64,000 nucleotides of DNA from Dehalococcoidia bacterium (GTDB lineage: Bacteria; Chloroflexota; Dehalococcoidia; UBA6926). Both the position numbers and the translations under genes were made by a program. The first letter of the stretch is position 1, and each line of letters opens with the position of its first letter. Location: assembly GCA_963666115.2 (NCBI GenBank), contig CAXXET010000004.1, positions 205,247 through 269,246 on the forward strand, given 5' to 3'. Shown here in pieces: positions 8,534 through 18,016 of the stretch. The notes below the pieces were generated by a model. That model did not search any database. It was not told the origin of the DNA and saw only the letters and a list, made by a program, of their open reading frames with translations.

Positions 8534-10378
8534 ATGTGCGGGATTATGGGATATACCGGGGATCGGCAGGCGATGCCGATTGTTTTGGACGGGTTGTCCC
8601 GGATTGAGTACCGCGGGTATGACTCCGCAGGCATCGCGATTCTTGGGCCGTCCGGGGTGTTTGGGACGAATAAGGCTGTCGGCAAGCTGGATGCTTTGCG
8701 CGCCGATTTGGAGGGGTCGTTCGTCTCGGGGTCGCTCGGGCTGGGGCATACGCGATGGGCCACGCACGGCGCGCCCTCCCTGGCCAACGCACACCCGCAC
8801 ATGGACTGCACCGGACGGGTGGCCGTGGTGCAGAACGGGATCGTCGAGAATTACAGCGAGCTCGCAGCGCAACTCGTCTCGCGCGGGCACCGGTTCACGT
8901 CGCAGACGGACACGGAGGTGCTGCCGCACCTGATTGAGGAGGCACTGGATCGCGGCCTTGATCCCGTCGACGCGGTGAAGTCGATCATGCCGGACATGCA
9001 CGGGGCGCTGGTGTTCCTGGTGGCGTGCTCGCAGGAGCCTGAGACGCTGATTGCGGTGCGGGCGGGCAACGCGGGGGGGCTGGTGATCGGCGCGGGAGAG
9101 GGTGAGACGTACGCGGCGAGCGATCTGCCGGCGCTGGCGCCGCTGACGCGGCGGGCGATGCCGCTGAACAACGGCGAGATCGCGGTGCTGCGGCCGGGCG
9201 GGGCGGAGGTGTCCACGCTGAACGGGGAGCCGGTGGCGCGGGAGTTCACGGAGGTGACGCGGGACCCGCTGCGGGCGGCGAAAGGCATGTACAAGCACTT
9301 CATGCTGAAGGAGATCATGGAGCAGCCGCAGGCGCTGACGGACGCGCTGCGGGGTCGCATCGATTTGGGATCAGGGCGGCTTGAGCCGGACTACGGGCCG
9401 GGGCTGTCCGAGCGGCTGGCCAAGGCGCGGCGCATCATCCTGACGGGGTGCGGGTCAAGCTATCACGCGGCGCTCGTGGGTCGGCATTATTTTGAGACGC
9501 TCGCCGGGGTTCGCGTGGAGGCGGAAGTGGCCTCCGAACTGCGGCACCGCAACGCGCTCATCGGCGAGGGCGACCTTCTCATCGCGATCACGCAGTCGGG
9601 TGAGACGCTCGATACGCTCGCCGCGCTGGACTATGCGTCACAACGGGGCGCGGACTGCGTGGCGGTGACGAATGCGCTGGACAGCGAGGCAGCGCGAATC
9701 GCCTGCGAGACGATGGACATGCGGTCCGGGCTCGAGGTGGGGGTGGCGGCGACCAAGAGCTTTACGTCCGCGATCCTGTGCCTGTATCTGCTGGCCATCG
9801 ACGCGGCGGCAGGCCGCGGCGCAATGAGCGAGGATGAGGTGAGCCGCCATCTGCTTGACCTGGAGCGCCTGCCGGGAATCGTGAGCGAGATGCTGGAACG
9901 GGGAGACGTGATCCGGGCCGTCGCGGAACGGTTGACGGCGAATGAGAATTGCCTGTTGCTGGGGCGTGGGCCGCTCTACCCCATCGCGCTGGAGGGGGCG
10001 TTGAAGCTGAAGGAGGTCGCGTACATCCACGCGGAGGGCAGCGCGGGGGGCGAGATGAAGCACGGCCCAATCGCCTTGATTGACCAATCAATGCCGACAA
10101 TCGCGCTTGCCTGTGAGGGTGGTCTCCGTGACCGCATGGCCATCAACATCTCAGAGATCAAGGCCCGCGCCGGCCACGTGATCGGCCTGCTAACAGACGG
10201 CGACGATGAGCTTGAGGGCCAGGCGGACGAAGCAATCTTCACCCCCAAAACACCGGAGCACCTGGTTCCCATTGCGGCGACGGTGCCGCTACAAATGCTG
10301 GCCTACGAAATCGGCCTCCTCCGAGGCGCAGACATAGACCAACCGCGCAACCTCGCAAAGTCAGTAACGGTGGAATGA
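8534..10378 (+). CDS. glmS: Glutamine--fructose-6-phosphate aminotransferase (isomerizing)
   Basis: It starts MCGIMGY (N-terminal nucleophile Cys after Met), has two SIS domains and ends with the C-terminal ...KSVTVE. Confidence 0.95.
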   Translation: MCGIMGYTGDRQAMPIVLDGLSRIEYRGYDSAGIAILGPSGVFGTNKAVGKLDALRADLEGSFVSGSLGLGHTRWATHGAPSLANAHPHMDCTGRVAVVQNGIVENYSELAAQLVSRGHRFTSQTDTEVLPHLIEEALDRGLDPVDAVKSIMPDMHGALVFLVACSQEPETLIAVRAGNAGGLVIGAGEGETYAASDLPALAPLTRRAMPLNNGEIAVLRPGGAEVSTLNGEPVAREFTEVTRDPLRAAKGMYKHFMLKEIMEQPQALTDALRGRIDLGSGRLEPDYGPGLSERLAKARRIILTGCGSSYHAALVGRHYFETLAGVRVEAEVASELRHRNALIGEGDLLIAITQSGETLDTLAALDYASQRGADCVAVTNALDSEAARIACETMDMRSGLEVGVAATKSFTSAILCLYLLAIDAAAGRGAMSEDEVSRHLLDLERLPGIVSEMLERGDVIRAVAERLTANENCLLLGRGPLYPIALEGALKLKEVAYIHAEGSAGGEMKHGPIALIDQSMPTIALACEGGLRDRMAINISEIKARAGHVIGLLTDGDDELEGQADEAIFTPKTPEHLVPIAATVPLQMLAYEIGLLRGADIDQPRNLAKSVTVE

Positions 10379-10384
10379 GTCAAA

Positions 10385-10459
10385 TGGAGCGGGGGACGGG
10401 AATTGAACCCGCGACAACCTGCTTGGAAGGCAGGAGCTCTACCACTGAGCTACCCCCGC
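10385..10459 (-). tRNA. tRNA-Gly (anticodon TCC), CCA encoded
   Basis: The reverse complement folds as a cloverleaf. It has acceptor GCGGGGG/CCCCCGC, D stem GCTC/GAGC, anticodon stem CCTGC/GCAGG with loop CTTCCAA, T stem GCGGG/CCCGT and the T loop TTCAATT. Confidence 0.9.
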
Positions 10460-10485
10460 GTGCTTTCTATTGTATGTGTACGGGG

Positions 10486-11367
10486 TTACTCGCGCGGCCT
10501 GGAGCGGGGGCCGAAGGGCTCCGGCTGGAAGGGGCCGTCGCGGAGTTGGAGGAAGGCGCGCAGGCCGCCCTCCTTCTGCGCGTCCATCATGTCCTTCTTG
10601 AAGTCGGCGCGCTGCGAGCTCTGCACGTGGGCGGACAACTCATCGTTCAGCACGAGGGCGTTGCGGAGTCCCATCATCTCCAGCCCCATCGTCGCCACGT
10701 AGAGGTTGATCTTGACCGTCTCCGGAGAGACCAACGCGATGCGCTCCACCACGCGGAAGCAGTGCTCCAGCAGGTCATCGCCCGGCACCACCTCGTTCAC
10801 GAGGCCGATGCGGAGGGCTTCCTGGGCGTCAATGTGGTCGCCCGTCAGGCCATAGCGGAGGGCGTGCTTGTAGCCGGCGTTGAGCGTCCAGAAGAAGTTG
10901 GTGTTGGAAATCATGCGGATTTCGGGCTGGGCGAAGACTGCTTCCTCCGCCGCGTACGTCATGTGCGACGCCAGCGCGTACCACGATCCGCCGCCCATGC
11001 ACCAGCCGTTGACTGCCGCGATGACAGGCTTGGTCAGCTCCCAGATTTGCAGCAGCTTGGCCGTCTCGCCGCGTGAGCGGTCACGCCAATCATCCAGCAG
11101 CGCCGCCGCGCTCCACCCCTCCGGCATCCCATACGGCCACACCGTCTCGGGGCGGCCGCCGCCGATGTCGTAGCCGGAGGAGAACGCCCTGCCCGCGCCC
11201 GTCAGCACAATCGCCCGCACCTCGGGATCATTCTCCGCCTCGGTCAGCGCCTCGGACACGTCATGCTCCAGTTGGCGGCTGATGGCGTTCAGCGTTTCGG
11301 GCCGGTTCAGCGTGATCAACACGCCGTTGCGCTGCTTCTCATAGAGGACGGTTTCATAATTGGGCAT
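10486..11367 (-). CDS. Enoyl-CoA hydratase/isomerase (crotonase-fold) family protein, paralog 1 of 4
   Basis: 293 aa. It carries LITLNRPE..LNA, LTGAGRAFS.GYD and AAVNGWCMGGG. It is closely similar to 12270..13151, 13172..14062 and 14110..14988. Confidence 0.85.
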   Translation of the reverse strand: MPNYETVLYEKQRNGVLITLNRPETLNAISRQLEHDVSEALTEAENDPEVRAIVLTGAGRAFSSGYDIGGGRPETVWPYGMPEGWSAAALLDDWRDRSRGETAKLLQIWELTKPVIAAVNGWCMGGGSWYALASHMTYAAEEAVFAQPEIRMISNTNFFWTLNAGYKHALRYGLTGDHIDAQEALRIGLVNEVVPGDDLLEHCFRVVERIALVSPETVKINLYVATMGLEMMGLRNALVLNDELSAHVQSSQRADFKKDMMDAQKEGGLRAFLQLRDGPFQPEPFGPRSRPRE

Positions 11368-11433
11368 GGGTTTGCTCGCTTTCTTGTGTGGGGTCGCTGT
11401 GCATATGGTAGCAAAGGTGAGGGGGGGTGGGGT

Positions 11434-11462
11434 GACCCTTCGATTACGCTCAGGGTGACAGG
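11434..11462. repeat. Repeat family A copy (diverged)
   Basis: gacccttcgattacgctcagggtgacagg, between crotonase 1 and the isochorismatase gene. Confidence 0.65.
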
Positions 11463-11470
11463 AGGGTGGC

Positions 11471-12139
11471 TCAGGGTAAACGAGGGGCAGAGAGGGCGAG
11501 GGCTTCTATGATTTCGCCGGTGGCGGCAGTGCCGCCGAGGATTAGATCGATGATGCGGAGCGTCGGCCCCTGTAAATCAGGCGCCCACGACGCCGTGCCG
11601 TCTGCGGCGACGATCACGTCCAGGTCGCGCACGTTGGCGTCGAATGCCGTATGGAGAACGCAGGCGTAGGTGATTGTGCCTGCGAGGATGACGGTGCGAA
11701 TGCCGCGGCGGCGCAGCGCCGTCTCCAAATCGGTGCCAAAGAATGCGGAGAAGCTGCGCTTGGTGACAACGTATTCGCCGTCTTGCGGGACGAGGGCATC
11801 GTGGATTTCCGCGCCCCACGTGCCGGGCATGAGGGCCGGGCCGCCGGGCGCGTCCGCCACTGCCCCAAACGTCTGCGCCACCACTTTGTGGATCAGGTGG
11901 ACGGCGTCCGGTGAATCGTCACGCTCGATTCGCGTATGGACGATGAATAGGCCTGCCTGCCGCGCCGCCTCCAGCAGCGCCGCCATCGGCGGAATGCCGT
12001 CCGTCACCAGTTGGGGGTCAAGGCCGAGGGGTTCGACGCGGTCCGCGGCGCGGGCGTAGAAGCCGTCAGGGTGGCAGAAATCGTTCTGCATATCGACGAC
12101 GATGAGGGCGGCGGTTTGGGGGGTGATTTGGAGGTTCAT
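11471..12139 (-). CDS. Cysteine hydrolase / isochorismatase-family protein
   Basis: It has AALIVVDMQNDFCHPDG, a conserved K and the C-terminal ...GTITYACV catalytic-Cys region typical of the isochorismatase family. Confidence 0.8.
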   Translation of the reverse strand: MNLQITPQTAALIVVDMQNDFCHPDGFYARAADRVEPLGLDPQLVTDGIPPMAALLEAARQAGLFIVHTRIERDDSPDAVHLIHKVVAQTFGAVADAPGGPALMPGTWGAEIHDALVPQDGEYVVTKRSFSAFFGTDLETALRRRGIRTVILAGTITYACVLHTAFDANVRDLDVIVAADGTASWAPDLQGPTLRIIDLILGGTAATGEIIEALALSAPRLP

Positions 12140-12177
12140 GGGTTTGCATTACTTGATTGGGTTGCACAATGGGGTTT

Positions 12178-12240
12178 AGATTCCCGCTTTCGCGGGAATG
12201 ACGGAGGGGGATGTAGGGGCGGTTCGCGAACCGCCCCTAC
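12178..12240. repeat. Mosaic repeat: family B hairpin (12178..12204) + family C palindrome (12212..12240)
   Basis: It contains agattcccgctttcgcgggaatgacgg and tgtaggggcggttcgcgaaccgcccctac. Confidence 0.8.
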
Positions 12241-12269
12241 CGGTTTCCGAATCCGTGCCGCTTTGACGA

Positions 12270-13151
12270 CTAGCCGCCTCGCGCGGCGGCGGAGCGGGGG
12301 CCGAACGGCTCCGGCTGGAATGGGCCGTCTCGCTGCTGGAGGAACCCGCGCATCCCGCCTTCCTCGCGCGCCTGCTCCAGCGGGCGCATGACGTCCTCGC
12401 GCTTGGAGGCGTGGGCGAAGGCGGAAAGCTCGCCGTTGAGGATGAGCGCGTTGCGGAGGCCCATCATCTCCAGCCCCATCGTCGCCACGTACAGGTTGAT
12501 CTTCACCGTCTCCGGCGACACCAGCGCGATACGCTCGCCGATCTTGAAGCACTCCTCGATCAGGTCGTCCTGCGGAATGATCTGGTTGATGATCCCAATC
12601 CGCAGCGCCTCCTCGGCGTCGATGTGGTCGCCGGTGAGGCTGTAGCGCAGCGCGTGCTTGTAGCCCGCGTTGAGCGTCCAGATGAAGCTGGTGTTGGAGA
12701 TCATCCGAACCTCAGGCTGCGAGAAGACCGCGGCCTCAGAGGCGTAGGTCATGTGGGAGAACAGCGCGTACCACGACCCGCCGCCCATGCACCAGCCGTT
12801 GACCGCCGCGATGACCGGCTTGGTCAGCTCCCACAGGTGCATGAACCGGTCCGGCTTGTCGCGCGTCCGCCAGTCATCCAGCATCTGCGCGATGTTCGAG
12901 CCCTCCGGCAGGCCATACGGCCACACCGTCGGCGCGCGCCCCCCGGCAATGTCGTAGCCCGCCGAGAACGCCCGCCCCGCCCCGGTGAGGATGATGTACC
13001 GGACCTCGGGATCGGCCTCCGCCTCATCCAGCGCGACGTGCAGTTCGTCCTCCAGGTCACGGCTCAGCGCGTTCAGTGCCTCCGGACGGTTCAGCGTGAT
13101 CAGCACGCCTTTCCGCTGCTTGTCATACAGGATATTCTCATAGTCGGCCAT
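12270..13151 (-). CDS. Enoyl-CoA hydratase/isomerase family protein, paralog 2 of 4
   Basis: 293 aa, with the same motif set and the same C-terminal DGPFQPEPFGPRS tail as the other paralogs. Confidence 0.85.
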   Translation of the reverse strand: MADYENILYDKQRKGVLITLNRPEALNALSRDLEDELHVALDEAEADPEVRYIILTGAGRAFSAGYDIAGGRAPTVWPYGLPEGSNIAQMLDDWRTRDKPDRFMHLWELTKPVIAAVNGWCMGGGSWYALFSHMTYASEAAVFSQPEVRMISNTSFIWTLNAGYKHALRYSLTGDHIDAEEALRIGIINQIIPQDDLIEECFKIGERIALVSPETVKINLYVATMGLEMMGLRNALILNGELSAFAHASKREDVMRPLEQAREEGGMRGFLQQRDGPFQPEPFGPRSAAARGG

Positions 13152-13171
13152 TGCTTTCCTCCTTTTGCTGC

Positions 13172-14062
13172 TCAGTCTCGTATTTTGGAGCGCGGCCCGA
13201 ACGGTTCCGGTTGGAATGGGCCGTCGCGGGTGGTGAGGAACGACCTCAGCCCGCCCTGCTGCAAACCGTCGAACATGTCCTTGCGATAGTCCTCCCGTCC
13301 AGACGAATGCGCCAACGCGGACAATTCGCCGTTCAACTTGAGCGCGTTGGCCAGCCCCATCATCTCAAGCCCCATCGTCGCAACGTACAGGTTGATCTTC
13401 ACCGTCTCCGGCGACACCAGCGCGATGCGCTCAACCAGCTGGAACGCCTCGTCCAGCAAATCGTCATGCGGCACGATCTTGTTGACGATGCCGATTCGCA
13501 GCGCCTCCTCCGCGTCGATGTGGTCGCCCGTCAGCGAATACCGCAGCGCGTTCTTGTACCCTGCCGACAGCACCCAGAAGAAGCTGGTGTTGGAGATGTG
13601 GCGCACCTCCGGCTGGCCGAACACGGCCTGATCAGACGCAAGCGTCATGTGCGTGGCGGTGGCGTACCATGACGCGCCGCCCATGCACCAGCCGTTGATT
13701 GCGCCGATGACGGGTTTGGTCAACTCCCACATATGGAGGAGCTTGCGCACGCCGTCGTTGTCGTTCGTGCGCCAAGAGTCCAGTAGCTCCGCGACGTTCT
13801 GGCCGGGCGCGAGGCCGTACGGCCAGACGAACTCGCGCATCGGCGCGTCCGGCGCGCCCAGGTCGTAGCCGGCGGAGAACGCCCTGCCCGCTCCTGTGAG
13901 AACGACGGCGCGAACCTCCGGGTCGGCCTCCGCCTCATCAAGCGCCAGGTGCAGTTCGTCTTCCATCTGCGGACTGATCGCGTTCAGGGCTTCGGGGCGG
14001 TTAAGGGTGATCAGCGCTCCCTTGCGCTGCTTCTCATAGAGGACCTGTTCGTAGTTGGGCAC
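13172..14062 (-). CDS. Enoyl-CoA hydratase/isomerase family protein, paralog 3 of 4
   Basis: 296 aa, colinear with the other paralogs. Confidence 0.85.
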   Translation of the reverse strand: MPNYEQVLYEKQRKGALITLNRPEALNAISPQMEDELHLALDEAEADPEVRAVVLTGAGRAFSAGYDLGAPDAPMREFVWPYGLAPGQNVAELLDSWRTNDNDGVRKLLHMWELTKPVIGAINGWCMGGASWYATATHMTLASDQAVFGQPEVRHISNTSFFWVLSAGYKNALRYSLTGDHIDAEEALRIGIVNKIVPHDDLLDEAFQLVERIALVSPETVKINLYVATMGLEMMGLANALKLNGELSALAHSSGREDYRKDMFDGLQQGGLRSFLTTRDGPFQPEPFGPRSKIRD

Positions 14063-14109
14063 TTGCTCTCCTCTCTCTGTTTCTCTCGGTTGTTCGGTGT
14101 AAGGCAGCG

Positions 14110-14988
14110 CTACTCCCGCGGCCTCGACCGCGGCCCGAACGGCTCCGGCTGGAATGGCCCGTCCCGCGCCTCCAGGTAGCCCCGCAGGCCGCCCTTCTCC
14201 TGCGCCTCCACGAACGGGCGGCGGCCCTCTTCGCTCACGGACGTGTGCGCGTGCGCCGACAACTCCGCGTTCAGGTTAAGCGCGTTGTGCAATCCCATCA
14301 TTTCGAGGCCCATCGTCGCCACGTACAGGTTGATCTTCACCGTCTCCGGCGACACCAGCGCGATACGCTCAACGATCTTGAACGCCTCATCCAGCAGGTC
14401 ATCGGCGGGGACAATGGTGTTGACGATGCCGATGCGAAGAGCCTCTTCGGCGTCGATGTGGTCGCCTGTCAGCGCGTAGCGGAGGGCGTTCTTGTAGCCG
14501 GCGTTGAGCACCCAGAAGAAGCTGGTGTTGTCCATGTGGCGGACTTCCGGCTGCGCGAAGACGGCGTTGTCCGCCGCGAGGGTCATGTGGGCCGCGTTGG
14601 CGTACCAGGAGCCGCCGCCCATGCACCAGCCGTTCACCGCCGCGATGACCGGCTTGGTAAGCTCCCACAAGTGCAGGAAATAGCGCATGTTCTTGCGGTC
14701 CGACGTGCGCCAGTGATCGAGATGCGCCGCCACGCTCGTGTTCTTGGGCAGCGCGTACGGCCACTCAAACTCGGCCTCGCCGGAGATGTCATAGCCCGAT
14801 GAGAATGCCCTGCCCGCCCCGGTGAGGACGATGGCGCGAACCTCGGGATCGGCCTCCGCCTCGTCCAACGCTTCATGCAGCTCGCGCTCCAACTCCGGGC
14901 TGATGGCGTTGAGACGCTCCGGCCTATTGAGGGTTATCAGAACTCCCTTGCGCTGCTTTTCGTACAGGATGTTGTTGTAGTCGGCCAT
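14110..14988 (-). CDS. Enoyl-CoA hydratase/isomerase family protein, paralog 4 of 4
   Basis: 292 aa, colinear with the other paralogs. Confidence 0.85.
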   Translation of the reverse strand: MADYNNILYEKQRKGVLITLNRPERLNAISPELERELHEALDEAEADPEVRAIVLTGAGRAFSSGYDISGEAEFEWPYALPKNTSVAAHLDHWRTSDRKNMRYFLHLWELTKPVIAAVNGWCMGGGSWYANAAHMTLAADNAVFAQPEVRHMDNTSFFWVLNAGYKNALRYALTGDHIDAEEALRIGIVNTIVPADDLLDEAFKIVERIALVSPETVKINLYVATMGLEMMGLHNALNLNAELSAHAHTSVSEEGRRPFVEAQEKGGLRGYLEARDGPFQPEPFGPRSRPRE

Positions 14989-15143
14989 GAATCAGCCCTC
15001 CCCCGTTTATCCCTTATTGGCGCGCAGGCGTACCCCCGCACGCGGCGAGAATAGCATTGCGGGAATGGCAGGGGCAAGGCGGGAGGCACAAGCGCGTACA
15101 CTTGCAGTAGCGGATAGTTTCGGATGCGGCGGAGGAGATTCGG

Positions 15144-16166
15144 ATGCGCGTTACAGTTTTAGGCGGCGCGGGGTTTGTGGGGCGGCATCTTGTGGCGACG
15201 CTCGTCGCGGCGGGGCATGGGCCGATTCGCGTCCTGTCCCGTTCGCCGGAGAGGGTTTTCTCTGATGCGCAGCGTTCGCTGGCGGTTGGCTTTGAAGCGG
15301 TGGAGACACTGGCAAGCATCCGCAAGCTGACTCGCGATGACGTTGTCGCTGCGCGGGATCGGGCGGACCGGGGCGAGGCCGTGCTGCGTGAGTCCGTCGA
15401 GGTCATCACTAGCGACGCGCGCGATTGGGGCGCAGTCCGGGAGGCTGTCTCCGACGTGGACGCGGTCGTTCACGCGGTGGGCATCATCCGCGAGACGGAA
15501 GGGCGCTCCTTTGGGGACACGAACGTCGGCACAACACAATCCCTCATCGATGCGATGAAGGACGTCGGGACGAAGCGGCTGGTCTACGTAGGCATCCTGG
15601 GCGCGTCGGACGATCCGGAGATGCCCTACGGGCGGTCGCGCTGGCAGGCGGAGGCGGTGGTGACGAGCAGCGGGTTGGAGTGGACTGTCGTCAAGCCGTC
15701 GCTGGTGCTCGGGGTGTCGGACGCCGTCTCCCGCCGCACGGTCAAGCTGCTGCGGACGGGGCCGGTGGCGGTGCTGCCGTTCCCGGACGGGGGGCGCGCG
15801 CTGCTGCAGCCGATGTACGTGAGCGATCTTGCGGCTGTCCTGACGCTGTGCGTGACGGAGCCGGAGCGGGCGGGGCAGGTCTACGAGATCGGCGGGCCGG
15901 ATCAGATTGCGCTGGTGGACATTGCGCGGGCGTTCGCGGCTGAATTGGACATCAAGCGGGTCTACAGCATGCCGGTGCCGCGGTTCGCCGCACGGTTGGG
16001 GGCGGCAGTGATGGGGCGCGCGCTAAAAGACCCGCCGATCACTGCGGCGGAATTGAGCCAACTGCGTGTGGACAACGTGACGGCGCTTCATTCCGTTGGG
16101 CGGGATTTCGGGTTCGCGCCGCGCCGGTTCAGCGACTACGTGTCCTACATTAGGGACGTGAGCTAG
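15144..16166 (+). CDS. NAD(P)H-binding SDR-type protein (NmrA / NDUFA9-like)
   Basis: N-terminal Rossmann motif VLGGAGFVGRHL in a 340-aa extended/atypical SDR layout. Confidence 0.7.
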   Translation: MRVTVLGGAGFVGRHLVATLVAAGHGPIRVLSRSPERVFSDAQRSLAVGFEAVETLASIRKLTRDDVVAARDRADRGEAVLRESVEVITSDARDWGAVREAVSDVDAVVHAVGIIRETEGRSFGDTNVGTTQSLIDAMKDVGTKRLVYVGILGASDDPEMPYGRSRWQAEAVVTSSGLEWTVVKPSLVLGVSDAVSRRTVKLLRTGPVAVLPFPDGGRALLQPMYVSDLAAVLTLCVTEPERAGQVYEIGGPDQIALVDIARAFAAELDIKRVYSMPVPRFAARLGAAVMGRALKDPPITAAELSQLRVDNVTALHSVGRDFGFAPRRFSDYVSYIRDVS

Positions 16167-16462
16167 TTGTCGCGGGTTTTGGCGAGTTGGGCGATGAACT
16201 GCTCAATGGGGAACGCGGGGAGGGAGACGATCTGGACCGTGCCGCGCGCCCCCAGCTCCAGTGAAACGCGGGCTATCGTCTCGTTGTCCGGCGCCTCAAC
16301 GATGTTGACGAAATCGTAGTTGCCGAGCACGGCGTATTGGGCCGTGACCTTCGCGCCCCACGCCTCGATCTCCCGATTCACTTCCTGGATGCGCTCCGGG
16401 CGGTGCTTGACGGTCTTGCGTCCCTCATCCGTCAGCGTGCTGAGCAACACGTACGTCCCCAT
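16163..16462 (-). CDS. GYD-domain protein
   Basis: 99 aa. MGTYVLLSTLTDEGRKT...LGNYDFVNIVEAPD matches the GYD family pattern. Confidence 0.75.
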   Translation of the reverse strand: MGTYVLLSTLTDEGRKTVKHRPERIQEVNREIEAWGAKVTAQYAVLGNYDFVNIVEAPDNETIARVSLELGARGTVQIVSLPAFPIEQFIAQLAKTRDN

Positions 16463-16531
16463 CTAGTTGTCCTCCCTGCTGTGTCCTCGTAGGGGTCTCA
16501 CGTCAAAGCGTAGGTATGGGGGCGGGTTGTG

Positions 16532-17221
16532 TCAACGTAAAGTCATCATTTCTTCCAGGAAGGAGGCGGTCGCTTCGGCGAGGGCGGGGCGGCTTGTCTG
16601 CCATGCGCGGTCCGCGCCCTCAAGCGCCATCGCGGTCACGTCGCCACGTCCCATACCATCGACCCAGCCGCCCAGGTTCTCCGGCGTTGTGAGGCTGTCA
16701 TTGCCTCCTATCAGGAATCTCACGGGCACGCCTACTCCCGACAGCCCGTCCTCCGTCGGAATGCCGATCAGGGGAATATCCAGTATGGGCGATACCGCGA
16801 CGACGGCCCTCAACCCTTTCGGCGCGCTCGCCGCGACGTGCACTGCGATGCTCGCGCCGAACGAATAACCGACGACGGCCATACGGCGGTCGTCAACTCC
16901 CGGCCATTCCCGCAGCATGTCAAAGGCCGCCAGTGCATCCGCCCTCTGCCCTTCTCCTACGGCGTTCTCGCCCTGGGATTCGCCAACGCCCCGGTAGTTG
17001 AATCGGAACGACACGAACCCGCGCGTCGTCACCTCGCGGGTCAACGACTCGATAACCGGACTGAGCATCGTGCCGCCCAGGCGCGGCTCCGGCGAGCAAA
17101 ACACGACGCCGGGCAGGCCGCCGCTGCCACCTTCGGGAATCTCGTCGCTGGTCGGCTCAGCGATGATGCCCTCCAGCGTCAGGTCATCCGTCGAGAAGAA
17201 ATTGAGAGCCGTCTGCCGCAC
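16532..17221 (-). CDS. Alpha/beta hydrolase (dienelactone hydrolase-like)
   Basis: 229 aa with the nucleophile elbow GYSFGA. Confidence 0.65.
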   Translation of the reverse strand: MRQTALNFFSTDDLTLEGIIAEPTSDEIPEGGSGGLPGVVFCSPEPRLGGTMLSPVIESLTREVTTRGFVSFRFNYRGVGESQGENAVGEGQRADALAAFDMLREWPGVDDRRMAVVGYSFGASIAVHVAASAPKGLRAVVAVSPILDIPLIGIPTEDGLSGVGVPVRFLIGGNDSLTTPENLGGWVDGMGRGDVTAMALEGADRAWQTSRPALAEATASFLEEMMTLR

Positions 17222-17232
17222 GCCGGCGCGCC

Positions 17233-17988
17233 TCAGAGTCCGTAGGCGAGACGCTCGGCCAGGCTGGAAGGCAGGCCGGCGGCCCTGATGTGTTCCTGCG
17301 CCGATTCGACATCGTATTGGACGCGGAACTGCGTTAGTGTGCGCGCATCCGAATCGAGGATTGCATACGCGGCGCGGGGGTCACTGTCACGGGGCTGTCC
17401 CACGCTGCCGGGGTTGATGATGAGGCGCACGTCATCGGGCAGGCGGATGAGGGAGCCGTGGTTGAGGCGTCCAACGGCGTGAACGCGGGGCGGGGCGTCC
17501 GAGGTGACGTGGATTTCCTCAAAGATGAGAGGCAAGTGCGAGTGCCCTACGAGCAGGAACTGCGTCTCCAGGAGGGCGAATGAGGCGCGCGCGGCCTCTT
17601 CATGAATGAGGTATTCCCAGACGGGATCACGGAGCGAGCCGTGTGCCAACGTGAATTCGCCCTGGCTGACAACTCTCGGCAGGCCCTCGATGTACGCGCG
17701 ATTGTCCGCCGTCAACTGTTCGCCGTTCCATTCGCAAGCGATTGCCGCGTCCTCGTTGAACATGCCGAGATAGATGTCGCCGATTGAGCCGAGGTCGTGA
17801 TTGCCGGATACGCTCACGTGCTCGAAGCCGCGCAGGGTGTCCAGGCACTCATTGGGATGCGGGCCGTATCCGACGATATCCCCCAAAGACCAGATGTTGT
17901 CGACGGGCCCGCGCGCATTGGCGTCACGGAGGACGGCGTCAAACGCGACGATGTTCGAATGAATGTCCGAGATAATGAGAGTACGCAC
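17233..17988 (-). CDS. Metallophosphoesterase family protein
   Basis: ISDIHSN, GDIVGYGP, GNHD and GHSH metal-binding motifs occur in the canonical order. Confidence 0.8.
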   Translation of the reverse strand: MRTLIISDIHSNIVAFDAVLRDANARGPVDNIWSLGDIVGYGPHPNECLDTLRGFEHVSVSGNHDLGSIGDIYLGMFNEDAAIACEWNGEQLTADNRAYIEGLPRVVSQGEFTLAHGSLRDPVWEYLIHEEAARASFALLETQFLLVGHSHLPLIFEEIHVTSDAPPRVHAVGRLNHGSLIRLPDDVRLIINPGSVGQPRDSDPRAAYAILDSDARTLTQFRVQYDVESAQEHIRAAGLPSSLAERLAYGL

Positions 17989-18016
17989 GGCGCTGTGTTC
18001 CCACTGGTGAGGGTGA

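Noticed and set aside
10385-10486. tRNA-Gly as an integration site for a mobile element carrying the crotonase array.
   Set aside because: No integrase, no duplicated tRNA 3' end and no compositional change are visible in the adjacent genes.
12411-13289. Long ORFs antisense to well-supported genes. Examples are 12411..13289(+), 8513..9298(-), 18047..19354(+), 19593..20669(-), 21534..22259(-), 23330..24535(+), 46397..47569(+), 47482..49134(+), 58241..60310(+), 39737..40672(-) and 36510..37133(-).
   Set aside because: Each lies opposite a gene with clear family motifs. Their translations are Arg/Pro/Gly/Ala-rich and low in complexity, with no recognisable domains. This is typical of stop-codon-poor antisense frames in high-GC DNA.
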